Of a stretch of DNA of 58,219 nt, positions 37,954-48,188 are shown piece after piece. The notes below the pieces were generated by a model. That model saw nothing but the letters and a program-made list of their open reading frames with translations, was not told where the DNA came from and did no database searches. Numbering within the stretch: position 1 is the first letter of the stretch; every line of letters starts with the position of its first letter. The stretch is from positions 1-58,219 of the forward strand of contig JAZSGY010000047.1 in assembly GCA_045532985.1 (NCBI GenBank). The letters run 5' to 3'. Source of the DNA: Eubacteriales bacterium (GTDB taxonomy: Bacteria > Bacillota > Clostridia > Oscillospirales > CAG-272). A program made the translations under genes and the position numbers.

Positions 37954-39075
37954 GTGAAAAAAAGCATTTTATCCCTTCTTCTTATCGCCGTTTGTCTTCC
38001 ACTCGCGCTTTTTACCGTTACGCTTCGCGCCCAAGGCTTGGAGGATGGGGATCTTTCTGCCAAAAGCGCAGTTTTGTATGAGCCGAGTGAACAGATCATA
38101 CTCTACGGCAAAAATATCGACGCACGCCTTCCTATGGCAAGCACGACAAAGATCATGACGGCACTTCTGGCCCTTGAGCGCTCCTCCCCCGACGCCATCG
38201 TCACGGTTCCGAAGGAGGCGGTCGGAATCGAGGGTTCCTCCCTATATTTGGAGGAAGGTGATAAGTACCGCTTGATCGACCTCGTTTATGCGCTGATGCT
38301 GCAAAGTGCCAATGACGTTGCAACAGCGCTTGCCATTTCGATCGGCGGCACTACGGAGGGCTTTGCGGAGCTGATGAACCAGCGCGCCGCCACGCTTCGT
38401 ATGAAGGATACGCACTATAAAAATCCACACGGTCTTCACGACGAGGAGCATTATACGTCCGCTCGCGATCTCGCTATTCTATGCGGTGCGGCACTTGAAA
38501 ATCCCCTCTTTGCGCAGATCGTATCAACCTATCGAAAGGTCATCTCACCCGTTAACCGTTCGGTCGTGAAGGTGCTTGTCAATCATAATAAGCTGCTGCG
38601 TGTTTGCGACGGCGCGATCGGCATCAAAACGGGTTATACGAAGACCAGCGGTCGCTGTCTTGCGGGCGCGGCGATCCGTGACGACCTTACGCTGATCGCC
38701 GTAACGCTTGACGCGCCAAACGATTGGCAGGACCATGCGCGGCTTTTTGAATACGGATTTGAAAATTTTGAAAACCGGCTTTTAGCATCCACGTATGAAA
38801 TCGCGTTTGAGGTCCCCGTTATCAACGGGCGTGCGGCATCAGTCCTCTGCTCCAACGACGAGGACGTTTACGCAGTCCTTCCGCTTTCCGATCAGGAGGT
38901 GGAGGCAGAGGTCTTTCTGAACCGATTTGCCACTGCACCGATCCGCACAGGTCAGGTGCTCGGGCACGTTGTTTTCAAGATCGGCGACCGTGAGCTTGCA
39001 TCGGTCGATCTGACCGCAAAGCAAGCGATCCCCGAAAAGAAATATAAAAAAGGAATATTTGATTTTTTCAAATAA
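37954..39075 (+). CDS. D-alanyl-D-alanine carboxypeptidase (DacB/DacF-like)
   Basis: Signal peptide, ASTTK (SxxK), SAND and KTG; GTG start after GGAGG. Confidence 0.93.
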   Translation: MKKSILSLLLIAVCLPLALFTVTLRAQGLEDGDLSAKSAVLYEPSEQIILYGKNIDARLPMASTTKIMTALLALERSSPDAIVTVPKEAVGIEGSSLYLEEGDKYRLIDLVYALMLQSANDVATALAISIGGTTEGFAELMNQRAATLRMKDTHYKNPHGLHDEEHYTSARDLAILCGAALENPLFAQIVSTYRKVISPVNRSVVKVLVNHNKLLRVCDGAIGIKTGYTKTSGRCLAGAAIRDDLTLIAVTLDAPNDWQDHARLFEYGFENFENRLLASTYEIAFEVPVINGRAASVLCSNDEDVYAVLPLSDQEVEAEVFLNRFATAPIRTGQVLGHVVFKIGDRELASVDLTAKQAIPEKKYKKGIFDFFK

Positions 39076-39082
39076 ATCGACT

Positions 39083-39811
39083 ATGGAACCGATCAGACTC
39101 CAAAAGTATTTTACAGACTGCGGCGTATTATCAAGACGCGCCGCGGAGCATGAGATCGAAGAGGGGAACGTGACCGTCAACGGGAAACGTGCGCAGCTCG
39201 GCGACAAGATCACACCTCACCGCGATGCCGTGGTCTGGAACGGACAAAAGGTTCTTCCGCCCGCACGCAATCAAGAACACGTCTATCTGATGTTGAATAA
39301 GCCGCGTGGCTACGTTACGACGACAAGTGACCCCGAAGGACGCAAATGCGTCATCGATCTTCTTGAAGGGATCGATGCACGCGTCTACCCCATCGGCCGC
39401 CTTGACAAGGTTTCCGAGGGGCTCCTGCTTCTGACAAACGACGGCACGCTCGCCAATCTCTTGACCCATCCCAAACACAGTATTCCAAAGCTCTACCGCG
39501 TCAAGGTCGCGGGAGAAGTAACCGACGCACAAATGAAAACGCTGACCTCCCCGCTCGTAATCGACGGATACAAGATCAAGCCCGTGGAGATGACGAAGGT
39601 CAGCAGTGACGAGAGCGGCACGGTTTTGAAAATGAAGCTTTATGAGGGGCGTAATCGCCAGATCCGCAAGATGTGCGAGCAAGCGGGGCTCACCGTTCGC
39701 CGTCTCAATCGGGTCGCGATCGGAAATTTGAAGCTGAACGCCTTACCCGTCGGAAAATGGCGCTATCTTGACCAAAAAGAAGTCGAATATCTCTACAAGA
39801 ATGCAAAGTGA
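39083..39811 (+). CDS. rluB: 23S rRNA pseudouridine synthase (RluB family)
   Basis: S4 domain RLQKY..SRR, NKPRG, GRLD and EGRNRQIR. Confidence 0.9.
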   Translation: MEPIRLQKYFTDCGVLSRRAAEHEIEEGNVTVNGKRAQLGDKITPHRDAVVWNGQKVLPPARNQEHVYLMLNKPRGYVTTTSDPEGRKCVIDLLEGIDARVYPIGRLDKVSEGLLLLTNDGTLANLLTHPKHSIPKLYRVKVAGEVTDAQMKTLTSPLVIDGYKIKPVEMTKVSSDESGTVLKMKLYEGRNRQIRKMCEQAGLTVRRLNRVAIGNLKLNALPVGKWRYLDQKEVEYLYKNAK

Positions 39812-39818
39812 GGATACT

Positions 39819-40214
39819 ATGTTAATTATCAAACCCGTTCAGAGCAAGGAACTGCAAAAGGAGTATTGCGCCGCTTGCGGTGTACAGTACCGCCCCGACG
39901 CCCTCTGCTACGCCGCCCACGTCGACGACGTATTTACAGGTATCTCACAATTTACGATGAACGACGATTACGGATACGTATACGATCTCGTCCTCGTTCC
40001 GGGAATTGAAGATTTTGAAGCGATCTTTATTATGGGACGGGCAACCCTGAACTTTATCGATCTGCGCGGCGTGCATATGGCTCGCTGTCGCAAGGACGCA
40101 GGTGACCCTCGCATCCTGAAGGCTGTTGGCTTTCGCACGGAGATCGGCGAGGATCTGGAAGCGGACCTTCACGGAATGTTCGACGGCAGTCACTGCGAAT
40201 CAAAGCATCAATAA
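39819..40214 (+). CDS. Hypothetical protein (possibly GNAT-like fold)
   Basis: 131 aa with GAGG RBS and host-like codon usage; C-terminal ..LKAVGF.. pattern. Confidence 0.7.
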   Translation: MLIIKPVQSKELQKEYCAACGVQYRPDALCYAAHVDDVFTGISQFTMNDDYGYVYDLVLVPGIEDFEAIFIMGRATLNFIDLRGVHMARCRKDAGDPRILKAVGFRTEIGEDLEADLHGMFDGSHCESKHQ

Positions 40215-40226
40215 CCCTACTTAAAT

Positions 40227-40268
40227 AGAAAAGCTCCGACAGATCCTTCGGTCTGTCGGAGCTTTTCT
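40227..40268. terminator. Bidirectional terminator
   Basis: Perfect 17-bp stem AGAAAAGCTCCGACAGA/TCTGTCGGAGCTTTTCT between convergent genes. Confidence 0.9.
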
Positions 40269-40286
40269 TGTTCAGTTTAATATAAG

Positions 40287-41378
40287 TCAGAACTGCTCTG
40301 CCGCTTTTTTCTCTGCCAGATCAAGCTTCTCAATGGCGTCGTTGATCGACGTACCAAGCACGATCGCACAGTCATTTTCGATGATGATGACAGGCTTTTC
40401 AAGCGAGATCTCCTTGGAAAACAGCTTCGGCTGCATCACCGAGGCACCAAAAGGAAAGCGTTCGATCCCCTCAAGCGTGCTTGCGGTACAAGCCGATACC
40501 ATCATGGCCTCGGGGAGTGCGATCATAATCGATTTTACGTTCGGTTGCTCCTTGTAGATGGCTTGATGCAAAAGAGCGGAGCGTGAGGGCTCTTTTCCGC
40601 TTTCACATTGCTCGCCCGTCACCAGAACCAATTCGTGCGGTTTTACACTCGCGCGGTCAAAATCGCGCGGCGTAATCAGGAAGGAGTCCTCAGACAACCG
40701 AACCGAAAGCGTTCCCTGCGCAATCGAAAAAAGCCCTTTCTCACAGCAGCGACGGACACACTCCGCAAGATATTCGCGCATTTCAGATTCAACCGAATCC
40801 TGCGGACGGCGCTGAAACTTTACAAGCGGCGGCGTGACCTTCAGATTATGAACCGTAATATGCTTTTCGGAAAGAAAGCGAACGGCAAGCCCCGCACGCT
40901 CAGCACGTGAACCGGCACGTACGCATCGCATAAGATTCTGATAACGGATATGCGCGTCCTTTGGACTCTTTCCGATCACGAAAATCCCGTATTCCTTTGA
41001 AATGAAAACGCTTCGGTCGGAAAGAAGAAACGATGCAAACGTGTCACGCACGAGCTTTCCGCATTGGATAGCGGTCTCCGGCAAAAGGTTTGGGTTCGGC
41101 AGCCTACCGCTTTTTTCATAGCCGCCAAGCTGCGAGCGATCAAAATGAAAAACCGTGAAAACGTCTCTTCTGGATTCGTAGATTTCAAGATGGAGACCGA
41201 TCTCCGGATCAGAGGTTCCATCTTCTTCTATCACGCATACGGTATCACGCGCATCGGTTCGTATAGCCATTACCGTGCCGTCATCCTCGAAGACGGTCGC
41301 GCCGATCAAGCCGCGAAGTTCTGCGGTGTACCTCACCAATTCCTGTGCTGTCTTACTGTTTTTCAGTTCCATAGTCAT
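40287..41378 (-). CDS. Tandem class II aldolase/adducin-fold protein with degenerate active sites
   Basis: Second half GTLSVRL..SFLITP...EPSRS.LLH.AIY..QP; first half EIGLHLEIYESRRDV. Confidence 0.75.
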   Translation of the reverse strand: MTMELKNSKTAQELVRYTAELRGLIGATVFEDDGTVMAIRTDARDTVCVIEEDGTSDPEIGLHLEIYESRRDVFTVFHFDRSQLGGYEKSGRLPNPNLLPETAIQCGKLVRDTFASFLLSDRSVFISKEYGIFVIGKSPKDAHIRYQNLMRCVRAGSRAERAGLAVRFLSEKHITVHNLKVTPPLVKFQRRPQDSVESEMREYLAECVRRCCEKGLFSIAQGTLSVRLSEDSFLITPRDFDRASVKPHELVLVTGEQCESGKEPSRSALLHQAIYKEQPNVKSIMIALPEAMMVSACTASTLEGIERFPFGASVMQPKLFSKEISLEKPVIIIENDCAIVLGTSINDAIEKLDLAEKKAAEQF

Positions 41379-43765
41379 TTCAGCTCCACAACGGTCACGC
41401 CGAGATCACCCTCACCGTATACACCGTTACGATAGCTCTCGATTCTCCTATCCTTTTTCAAATTCTGTTGAATGGCCGTGCGCAACGCACCCGTTCCTTT
41501 ACCGTGAATAATGCGGACCGATTTCACGCCGGCAACCATCGCGTCGTCTAAATACTTATCGATCATAAACCAAGCGTCATCGCCGATATTTCCACGCACG
41601 TCGATCTCGGGCTTAAAATTCACGATCACCGTCTTGCGGACGTCGCCGTGCTTGCGTTTTTCTTCTTTTTTGTGCTTGATCGGAGCATCCAGAAGGCGTA
41701 GCTTATCAAGCGGCACCTTCGCACGCAGAATGCCCGATTTGACGGCAACCATATTTTTCGCGTCGGGAAGTGCCGTTACCTCCCCCTCCTGACCGAAGCT
41801 TACGAGGAAAACGAGATCGCCGATCTTCAAAGGACGCGGCAACGTGTAGGGTGCGGAAAGGTCGATCTCATTCACGTCGAGCGCGGCGTATTGCCCTTCA
41901 CCGTTTTTGAGCTGTACCCGTATTTCGCGACGTGCATTTTCAAGCTCTGCGGCACTGCGCTCCTTTTCCTGTTTTTTACGGATATCCTCAAGCTGCTTAA
42001 ATACAAATTCGCTTGTAGCTCTCGCGCTGTCAAGAAGCTGCCTTGCTTTTTCCTTAGTTTTCTCGATTTCTGCCTCTGATTTTCCGATGCGTTCCTTTAA
42101 CTCTTTCTCGGCATTGGCGCGGTAGCTCTCGTATTCGCGGCGCTCCTTCTCAGCGAGTTCACGGTCACGCTCCATCTCGATACGTGCCGCCTCCAGTTTT
42201 TCGATCACCGTCTCAAACTGGCGGTTTTCATCCGAAATCAGGTCACGGGCAAAGGATACGATTTGTTGCGGCAATCCTATTTTCTCGGAAATAGCGAAGG
42301 CGTTCGACTTTCCGGGCGTTCCGATAATCAGACGGTAGGTCGGGCGCAGGGTCTCTATGTCGAATTCGCAGGAGGCGTTTTGTACGCCGTCGGTATCCAG
42401 CGCATACGCCTTCAGCTCAGCATAGTGCGTAGTCGCCGCGGATAACGCTCCCATTTTTCGGCACGCACTCAAAATAGCAATGGCGAGCGCCGCTCCCTCA
42501 ACGGGGTCCGTGCCGGCGCCAAGCTCGTCAAAAATCACAAGAGAGCGCGAAGAGACCTCCTTGAGAATATTGACGATATTGACCATATGTGCGGAAAAGG
42601 TCGACAAGGATTGCTCAATGCTCTGCTCGTCACCAATATCGACCAGGATCTCTTCAAATACGCAAAGCTCCGAGGACTCATCCGCGGGGATCTGAAGTCC
42701 CGACTGAGCCATCAGGGCGAGAAGACCAAGCGTCTTCAGCGTTACTGTTTTACCACCCGTATTCGGACCCGTTACGATCAACGTATCAAAATCAACGCCG
42801 AGAGAAACCGAGATCGGAACGACCGTTTCACGCGGCAGTAACGGATGTCTTGCATTGATCAGCGAAATATGCTTCCCCTCCGTAAGGACGGGAGCGGTCG
42901 CCCGCATTTCCTCGGCAAGCGTCGCCGCCGCGAAATAGAAAGCAATATCCGTAATGTTCATATAATTCAAACGGATCGAATTTGCAATTCCGGAGACCTC
43001 AAGCGAAAGCTCGGAAAGAATGCGGTCGATCTCGTACTGCTCCTTGATCTGGAGCGCGCGCAGCTCGTTGTTTGCTTCTACCACCCCCATCGGCTCAATG
43101 AAAACCGTCGAGCCGGAGGATGAGGTATCGTGCAAAAGTCCCTTGATCTCATTTCGATACTCGGATTTTACGGGAATCACGTAGCGACCGTTGCGGAGCG
43201 TTACGATATTTTCCTGCAAATACTTCGTTTTTCCGCCGTTTATAAAGCTCTGTAACGTATCCTTGATCTTGTTGTTTGCGCTTCTTATCTTTCGGCGCAC
43301 GTCAGCGAGCATCGGACTCGCCTCGTCGGCAATGGTATCCTCCGCAATAATTGCACGGGAAATTTTGTCCTCGAGCGTGCGGCAGGAAAGCAATCGTGCA
43401 AAGACCTCGTCAAGTGAAGTCTCAAACAGCCGATCGGTATGGATATAATCCAAAAGCAGACGCGTACTGCGCAAAAGTGCCAGCACCTCCAGAAGATCCC
43501 GTGTAGAAAGCACGGCGCCCTTCTCTGCGCGCTCTGCGGCATCTAACGCCGCCGCAGTTCCGCCAAAGGCGGGATAACCCTTAGCGCACAAAAGACGGCG
43601 CGCATCGGCGGTTTTAGCTTGGCGGCGTCGGACCGTATCAATATCGTCCGACGGCAAAAGATTTCTCGCCTTGTTTTTCGCGCCGTCGGTCTGGGCGCAG
43701 GCAACAAGCATTTCCGTAATCTTGTGGAATTCAAGCGTTTCCAAAGATTTTTGCGTAAATAACAT
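41375..43765 (-). CDS. mutS2: Endonuclease MutS2
   Basis: TGPNTGGKT, QSLSTFSAH, DELGAGTDP, TTHY and C-terminal Smr IIHGKGTG. Confidence 0.97.
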   Translation of the reverse strand: MLFTQKSLETLEFHKITEMLVACAQTDGAKNKARNLLPSDDIDTVRRRQAKTADARRLLCAKGYPAFGGTAAALDAAERAEKGAVLSTRDLLEVLALLRSTRLLLDYIHTDRLFETSLDEVFARLLSCRTLEDKISRAIIAEDTIADEASPMLADVRRKIRSANNKIKDTLQSFINGGKTKYLQENIVTLRNGRYVIPVKSEYRNEIKGLLHDTSSSGSTVFIEPMGVVEANNELRALQIKEQYEIDRILSELSLEVSGIANSIRLNYMNITDIAFYFAAATLAEEMRATAPVLTEGKHISLINARHPLLPRETVVPISVSLGVDFDTLIVTGPNTGGKTVTLKTLGLLALMAQSGLQIPADESSELCVFEEILVDIGDEQSIEQSLSTFSAHMVNIVNILKEVSSRSLVIFDELGAGTDPVEGAALAIAILSACRKMGALSAATTHYAELKAYALDTDGVQNASCEFDIETLRPTYRLIIGTPGKSNAFAISEKIGLPQQIVSFARDLISDENRQFETVIEKLEAARIEMERDRELAEKERREYESYRANAEKELKERIGKSEAEIEKTKEKARQLLDSARATSEFVFKQLEDIRKKQEKERSAAELENARREIRVQLKNGEGQYAALDVNEIDLSAPYTLPRPLKIGDLVFLVSFGQEGEVTALPDAKNMVAVKSGILRAKVPLDKLRLLDAPIKHKKEEKRKHGDVRKTVIVNFKPEIDVRGNIGDDAWFMIDKYLDDAMVAGVKSVRIIHGKGTGALRTAIQQNLKKDRRIESYRNGVYGEGDLGVTVVELK

Positions 43766-43767
43766 TC

Positions 43768-44568
43768 TTATCTGTTAACCTCTTTGTAAAAATCAAGCGT
43801 TTTGAATCCACGCTCCAGGTGATTGAGCAGATACTTTTCTCCCGCAATCGCGAAGAAACGCTCGTTTTCGGCGGATAGCGGAAAGGATAGCAAACGCTTA
43901 AGATCTGCGGTAACGGCGTACTCAACGGCGAATCGTACTTCCTCGGGCAGTACGCAGATGATCCTTGCGTGTGTCGCTTCGTATTCATCTAAGGGACCGT
44001 TGGAATGCAGAGCCTCATCCTCCTCGTGACAATGCTCACAAAGGATCGTGCCGTTCATAACGTCAAGAAAATAGGTCGTGCTGCTTTTTGCGCAACGGCT
44101 ACAGCACGCAACGCTCGGCATAAAGCCGAGGATCGAGGCGGCGCGTATTTCAAACGCCCCCTTGATCTTTACAAAGGGGACGGTTCCCTTTGCGATCGCA
44201 TAAAGCGAGTTGAGGGTCAAGCGTAAAAGCTCAACGTCCGCCTGCTCCTCCATCACGACGTCGGATATGACCTCGCAAATATAGGATGCAAGCGCCATCT
44301 TCTGAAGGTTTTCCCGCAAAGGATAAAAGGATTCGATCGGCTCTGCCTCTTTGATCCAATAACGGTCACCCTTTTTATATAACGAGAAGTTGCTGAAGCA
44401 GAACTGCTGAGAGGACGCCATATGCTTACTCTTCAGAATACGGCTGCCCCGCGCATAGACCGTCACCTTGCCGTACCGCTCGGTAAACAGGTCAAGCAGT
44501 CTGTCATTGTCCTGCAGATCGACCGTACGGATCACAAGACCGTTGACGTCATTCAAATACTCACTCAT
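43768..44568 (-). CDS. recO: DNA repair protein RecO
   Basis: N-terminal OB fold (D.NDRLL.LFT..YGKV...ARG) and CxxC...CxxC zinc motif; follows era. Confidence 0.93.
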   Translation of the reverse strand: MSEYLNDVNGLVIRTVDLQDNDRLLDLFTERYGKVTVYARGSRILKSKHMASSQQFCFSNFSLYKKGDRYWIKEAEPIESFYPLRENLQKMALASYICEVISDVVMEEQADVELLRLTLNSLYAIAKGTVPFVKIKGAFEIRAASILGFMPSVACCSRCAKSSTTYFLDVMNGTILCEHCHEEDEALHSNGPLDEYEATHARIICVLPEEVRFAVEYAVTADLKRLLSFPLSAENERFFAIAGEKYLLNHLERGFKTLDFYKEVNR

Positions 44569-45451
44569 CGCGATCGTTGTACCCGAAATTGTTCAAAATA
44601 AAATCACTGTCTCGCCAATTTTCCTTGACCTTGACCCACAGATCAAGAAACACACGGATACCAAAAAACTTTTCCATATCCTCACGCGCTCGTGTGCCGA
44701 TCAACTTGAGGGTCGCACCGTGCTTTCCGATAATGATCCCCTTGTGGGAATCCTTTTCACAAAAGATCTCTGCACGGATCTTTAGAGTCTTCGGGGATTC
44801 CGCAAACTCCTCGATCGCAACAGCCGTACCGTGCGGGATCTCCTCCTCCAGCGTGCGCAATATTTTCTCGCGAATCATCTCTGCCGCGATCTGGCGCTCA
44901 GATTGATCCGTAACGATATCGTCGGGGAAAAACCAAACGCTTTCACCAAGATAACGCTCACATTCCGAGACGACGGTGTCGACGCCCTTTCCGCTCTTGG
45001 CAGAGATCGGAACGACCGCGTCGAAATTGTGGTACTCGGAATAAGCAGAGATCGTCTTTGCAACGTTTACGGCATTCACGGCGTCGATCTTATTGATGAC
45101 AAGTATAGAATCAAGCCCCGAGGACTTGATCTTCGATAGGATCTCCTTTTCAATGTCTCCAACCTCCTCGCGCGGCTCCACCACGAGAATGGCGGCGTCA
45201 GCATTGCCAAGCGTATCGCCGACGGTCTTGACCATAAAATCGCCGAGCTTGGTGCGCGGACGGTGTACTCCGGGGGTATCCAAAAATACGAATTGATTCT
45301 CCCCTGTGGTATGAATACCCGTAATACGGTTTCTCGTCGTCTGCGGACGCTTGGAAACGATCGCGATCTTTTCTCCGAGGATCGCGTTCAAAAGGGTGCT
45401 TTTTCCAACGTTCGGTCTGCCCACAATTGCAATAAAAGCTGTCTTTTTCAT
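44561..45451 (-). CDS. era: GTPase Era
   Basis: GRPNVGKST, QTTR, DTPG, NKID and KH domain IIIGK.G. Confidence 0.97.
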   Translation of the reverse strand: MKKTAFIAIVGRPNVGKSTLLNAILGEKIAIVSKRPQTTRNRITGIHTTGENQFVFLDTPGVHRPRTKLGDFMVKTVGDTLGNADAAILVVEPREEVGDIEKEILSKIKSSGLDSILVINKIDAVNAVNVAKTISAYSEYHNFDAVVPISAKSGKGVDTVVSECERYLGESVWFFPDDIVTDQSERQIAAEMIREKILRTLEEEIPHGTAVAIEEFAESPKTLKIRAEIFCEKDSHKGIIIGKHGATLKLIGTRAREDMEKFFGIRVFLDLWVKVKENWRDSDFILNNFGYNDRDE

Positions 45452-45460
45452 AGCCTGTCC

Positions 45461-45955
45461 TTATTCAATGTCCAAATATTCAATGATCTTCTTCTGCTTG
45501 CGGCACATCAGCTCGTCCTCCTCATCGGAAAGCTCGTGGTCATATCCGAGAAGATGAAGCGTCGAATGCACGCAAAGAAATGCCGCCTCACGCAAAAAGG
45601 AATGCGACAGCTCCTCCGCCTGCTCCCTTGCGCGCTCAAGCGATAAAACGATATCTCCAAGCGGGATCGGCTCTACGTCAAGCTCCGAGATCTCCTCGTC
45701 CTCGCCATAGATTGGAAAGGAAAGCACGTCGGTTGCCCGATCGATCTCTCTGTGCTTACGGTTCAATTCCTTAATATATGCATTGTCGCAAAAGGTAACG
45801 GATACCTCGGCGTCCTTTTCAAAGCACTCAAAATCAAGCGTCGCCTCGATCGCGCGCCGCACCGTAATTTTCAGCTCGTAATCAATTCCCGTAGGGTCTC
45901 CCTCTGCCGCAAAATATATTTTCAGTTTTCGTCCTATCTGTGGATAATGCTTCAT
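45461..45955 (-). CDS. ybeY: rRNA maturation RNase YbeY
   Basis: TDVLSFP, LGDIV and HSTLHLLGYDH. Confidence 0.96.
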   Translation of the reverse strand: MKHYPQIGRKLKIYFAAEGDPTGIDYELKITVRRAIEATLDFECFEKDAEVSVTFCDNAYIKELNRKHREIDRATDVLSFPIYGEDEEISELDVEPIPLGDIVLSLERAREQAEELSHSFLREAAFLCVHSTLHLLGYDHELSDEEDELMCRKQKKIIEYLDIE

Positions 45956-46989
45956 TTCTTTCCCTCCGTGCGCGGCGCCGTGCGGTAAATTCCGCGGCCT
46001 TGCCTTGCGCCTTCATTTGCTCTCTCATATTGATCGTATGCCATAATGATCTTTTGTACCAATCGGTGGCGGACCACATCGCGCTCCGTAAAGCGGTGCG
46101 TTGCGATGCCGTCGATATTTTTGAGGATCTGCGTTGCAACCGACAGTCCGCTTTTCTTTCCAAACGGCAGATCGGTCTGACTCAGGTCTCCGTTGACCAC
46201 CGCCTTTGAATTCTGTCCGATACGCGTCAAGAGCATTTTCATCTGCTCAGGCGTCGTATTCTGCGCCTCGTCGAGGATGATAAAGGAATCGTCAAGCGTA
46301 CGTCCGCGCATATATGCAAGGGGGGCGATCTCAATCACGTTCTTTTCAAGCTGACGTGCAAAATTCTCAGCCCCGAGCATTTCGTACAAAGCATCGTACA
46401 GCGGTCGCAAATAGGGGTCGATCTTACTCTGCAGATCTCCCGGCAAAAAGCCGAGCTTCTCTCCCGCCTCCACCGCAGGACGCGTCAGGATAATGCGGCT
46501 GACCGTCTTATTACGGAGTGCTTCGACCGCCATCGCAACCGCCAGAAAGGTTTTACCCGTTCCCGCAGGGCCAACGCCGAAAATAACGGTATTCTTACGG
46601 ATCAATTCTACGTATTTCTTTTGACCGACTGTTTTGGGTTTGATCGGCTTTCCTCGGGTCGTCAAGCAGATCACGTCATGCTCCAGCGTCCCGACAAGCT
46701 CGCTTTGTCCGTCGGATGCCATCGCGATGACGTAGTCAACGCTCTGTTCGCTTAGAACCTCCGTATCGCTTGCCATCTGCTTCAGGCATTCAAGCGTGGC
46801 AACAGCCTTCTCTACGGCATCCTCCGCGCCAACGACCGTGATCACGTCACCGTCTGCGCCCTCCTTGCTCCCACCGTTTGAGAGCTTGACGCCAAGCTGC
46901 TCCTCAATTCTACGTGCGTGTGCATCGCAGGTACCGAACAGTACGGAGGTCACCGTACTGGAAGCGGTATATACCTTTTTTTCTGCCAT
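45952..46989 (-). CDS. phoH: PhoH family ATPase
   Basis: GPAGTGKT, RPAVEAGE.LGFLPG, YMRGRT and DEAQN. Confidence 0.95.
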   Translation of the reverse strand: MAEKKVYTASSTVTSVLFGTCDAHARRIEEQLGVKLSNGGSKEGADGDVITVVGAEDAVEKAVATLECLKQMASDTEVLSEQSVDYVIAMASDGQSELVGTLEHDVICLTTRGKPIKPKTVGQKKYVELIRKNTVIFGVGPAGTGKTFLAVAMAVEALRNKTVSRIILTRPAVEAGEKLGFLPGDLQSKIDPYLRPLYDALYEMLGAENFARQLEKNVIEIAPLAYMRGRTLDDSFIILDEAQNTTPEQMKMLLTRIGQNSKAVVNGDLSQTDLPFGKKSGLSVATQILKNIDGIATHRFTERDVVRHRLVQKIIMAYDQYERANEGARQGRGIYRTAPRTEGKK

Positions 46990-47003
46990 TCAAAAATCCT
47001 TCG

Positions 47004-48188
47004 TTATTCTGTAACCTTAAATTTCTGTTCTACTGCAATATTCTGAATACAAACCAGCTCTGCCGTCAATCGATAGCCGTTTGGTGTGAACTCACCGATA
47101 AGCTTCCGCTCCAAAAGGTGTCCGTCTGCCAAGACCTCGCGAAGCCTCTGATTCAAGGCAGCGTTGGCGGCAAGGATCATTTCGGCATCGGTCAATCTTC
47201 TTACCGTATTCTTATATTGCACGGCGACCGTTTGCTCGAAAAAGATCGGAAGCGGAACACCCCCCAGCAAGCTCAATCGGTCCCTCTTATATATTGTATC
47301 ATAACTTGTATCTAAATTTCCAGTATCTTTGTAAATATTTATAAAAATTCCGTAAAAATCAATGCTGAATTCACGCAAATCTTCCTCAAATCTTTCCTTT
47401 TTCAAACACTCATATGGGATCTCAACCGTTATTTCGCGGCGAACGATCCCCATCACTCGTCCCTTCGCCTGCAAATACGAGGTTTTCGTCGGTCCCTCGA
47501 CCACCCCGCTGACCAAAAGATCCCCCTTTTTAACGCTCTGCCCTTTCATTCGCACGACCTTCCCGCGCACCACCTCGATCCCCTCCACGACCGCATCCTC
47601 CCCCGCCACGAGGTTCGCTCCGTAGATGGGATCATTCTTTTCTGCACTACTTTGGTCTTTTTCGAGCACTTCGACGTATGCAACATTTCCCTTGATGTTG
47701 ATGCTTGCCCACGACAGCTCCTTCTTGTTCTGTAAAAGCTTGATTGCGATCGCATCTGTATCTATTTTTGAATGAAACGTACCGATCGAAAGACCGACGT
47801 CCGAAAGCGCACTCACGATCTCGTTTTCGCTTATATCTGTATTTCCTTTGACGCGCACGTCCCAGATGGTTCTGCCCGAAAATATCACCAGAAAAGTAAA
47901 TATTATTACCCCTAAAAGAAGACCAACTCGCATTCTGTAGCGTTGAAGAACGGGGACGAGCCCTCGTTTTTTTACATAGATCGCTTGAATATGCTTCTCA
48001 TCTAAAGAAGCTTTGAGAATCGGCAATGCGCTCAAAAAGACGCGCACGGAAAAGCATTCCCCATCCGTTCGGTAGCCAAAGGTACCGATCTGATTGCGAA
48101 GCAAGAGATTATAGATCTCTACGCGATCCTCGCAGCAAAAAGAAAGCTCGGCATACCCGTGCATTAGAGAAAGCAAGGAATGCCTCAT
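47004..48188 (-). CDS. yqfD: Sporulation protein YqfD
   Basis: Single TM, IWDVRVKGN, WASINIKG and VKKGDLLVSG; upstream of phoH. Confidence 0.88.
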   Translation of the reverse strand: MRHSLLSLMHGYAELSFCCEDRVEIYNLLLRNQIGTFGYRTDGECFSVRVFLSALPILKASLDEKHIQAIYVKKRGLVPVLQRYRMRVGLLLGVIIFTFLVIFSGRTIWDVRVKGNTDISENEIVSALSDVGLSIGTFHSKIDTDAIAIKLLQNKKELSWASINIKGNVAYVEVLEKDQSSAEKNDPIYGANLVAGEDAVVEGIEVVRGKVVRMKGQSVKKGDLLVSGVVEGPTKTSYLQAKGRVMGIVRREITVEIPYECLKKERFEEDLREFSIDFYGIFINIYKDTGNLDTSYDTIYKRDRLSLLGGVPLPIFFEQTVAVQYKNTVRRLTDAEMILAANAALNQRLREVLADGHLLERKLIGEFTPNGYRLTAELVCIQNIAVEQKFKVTE

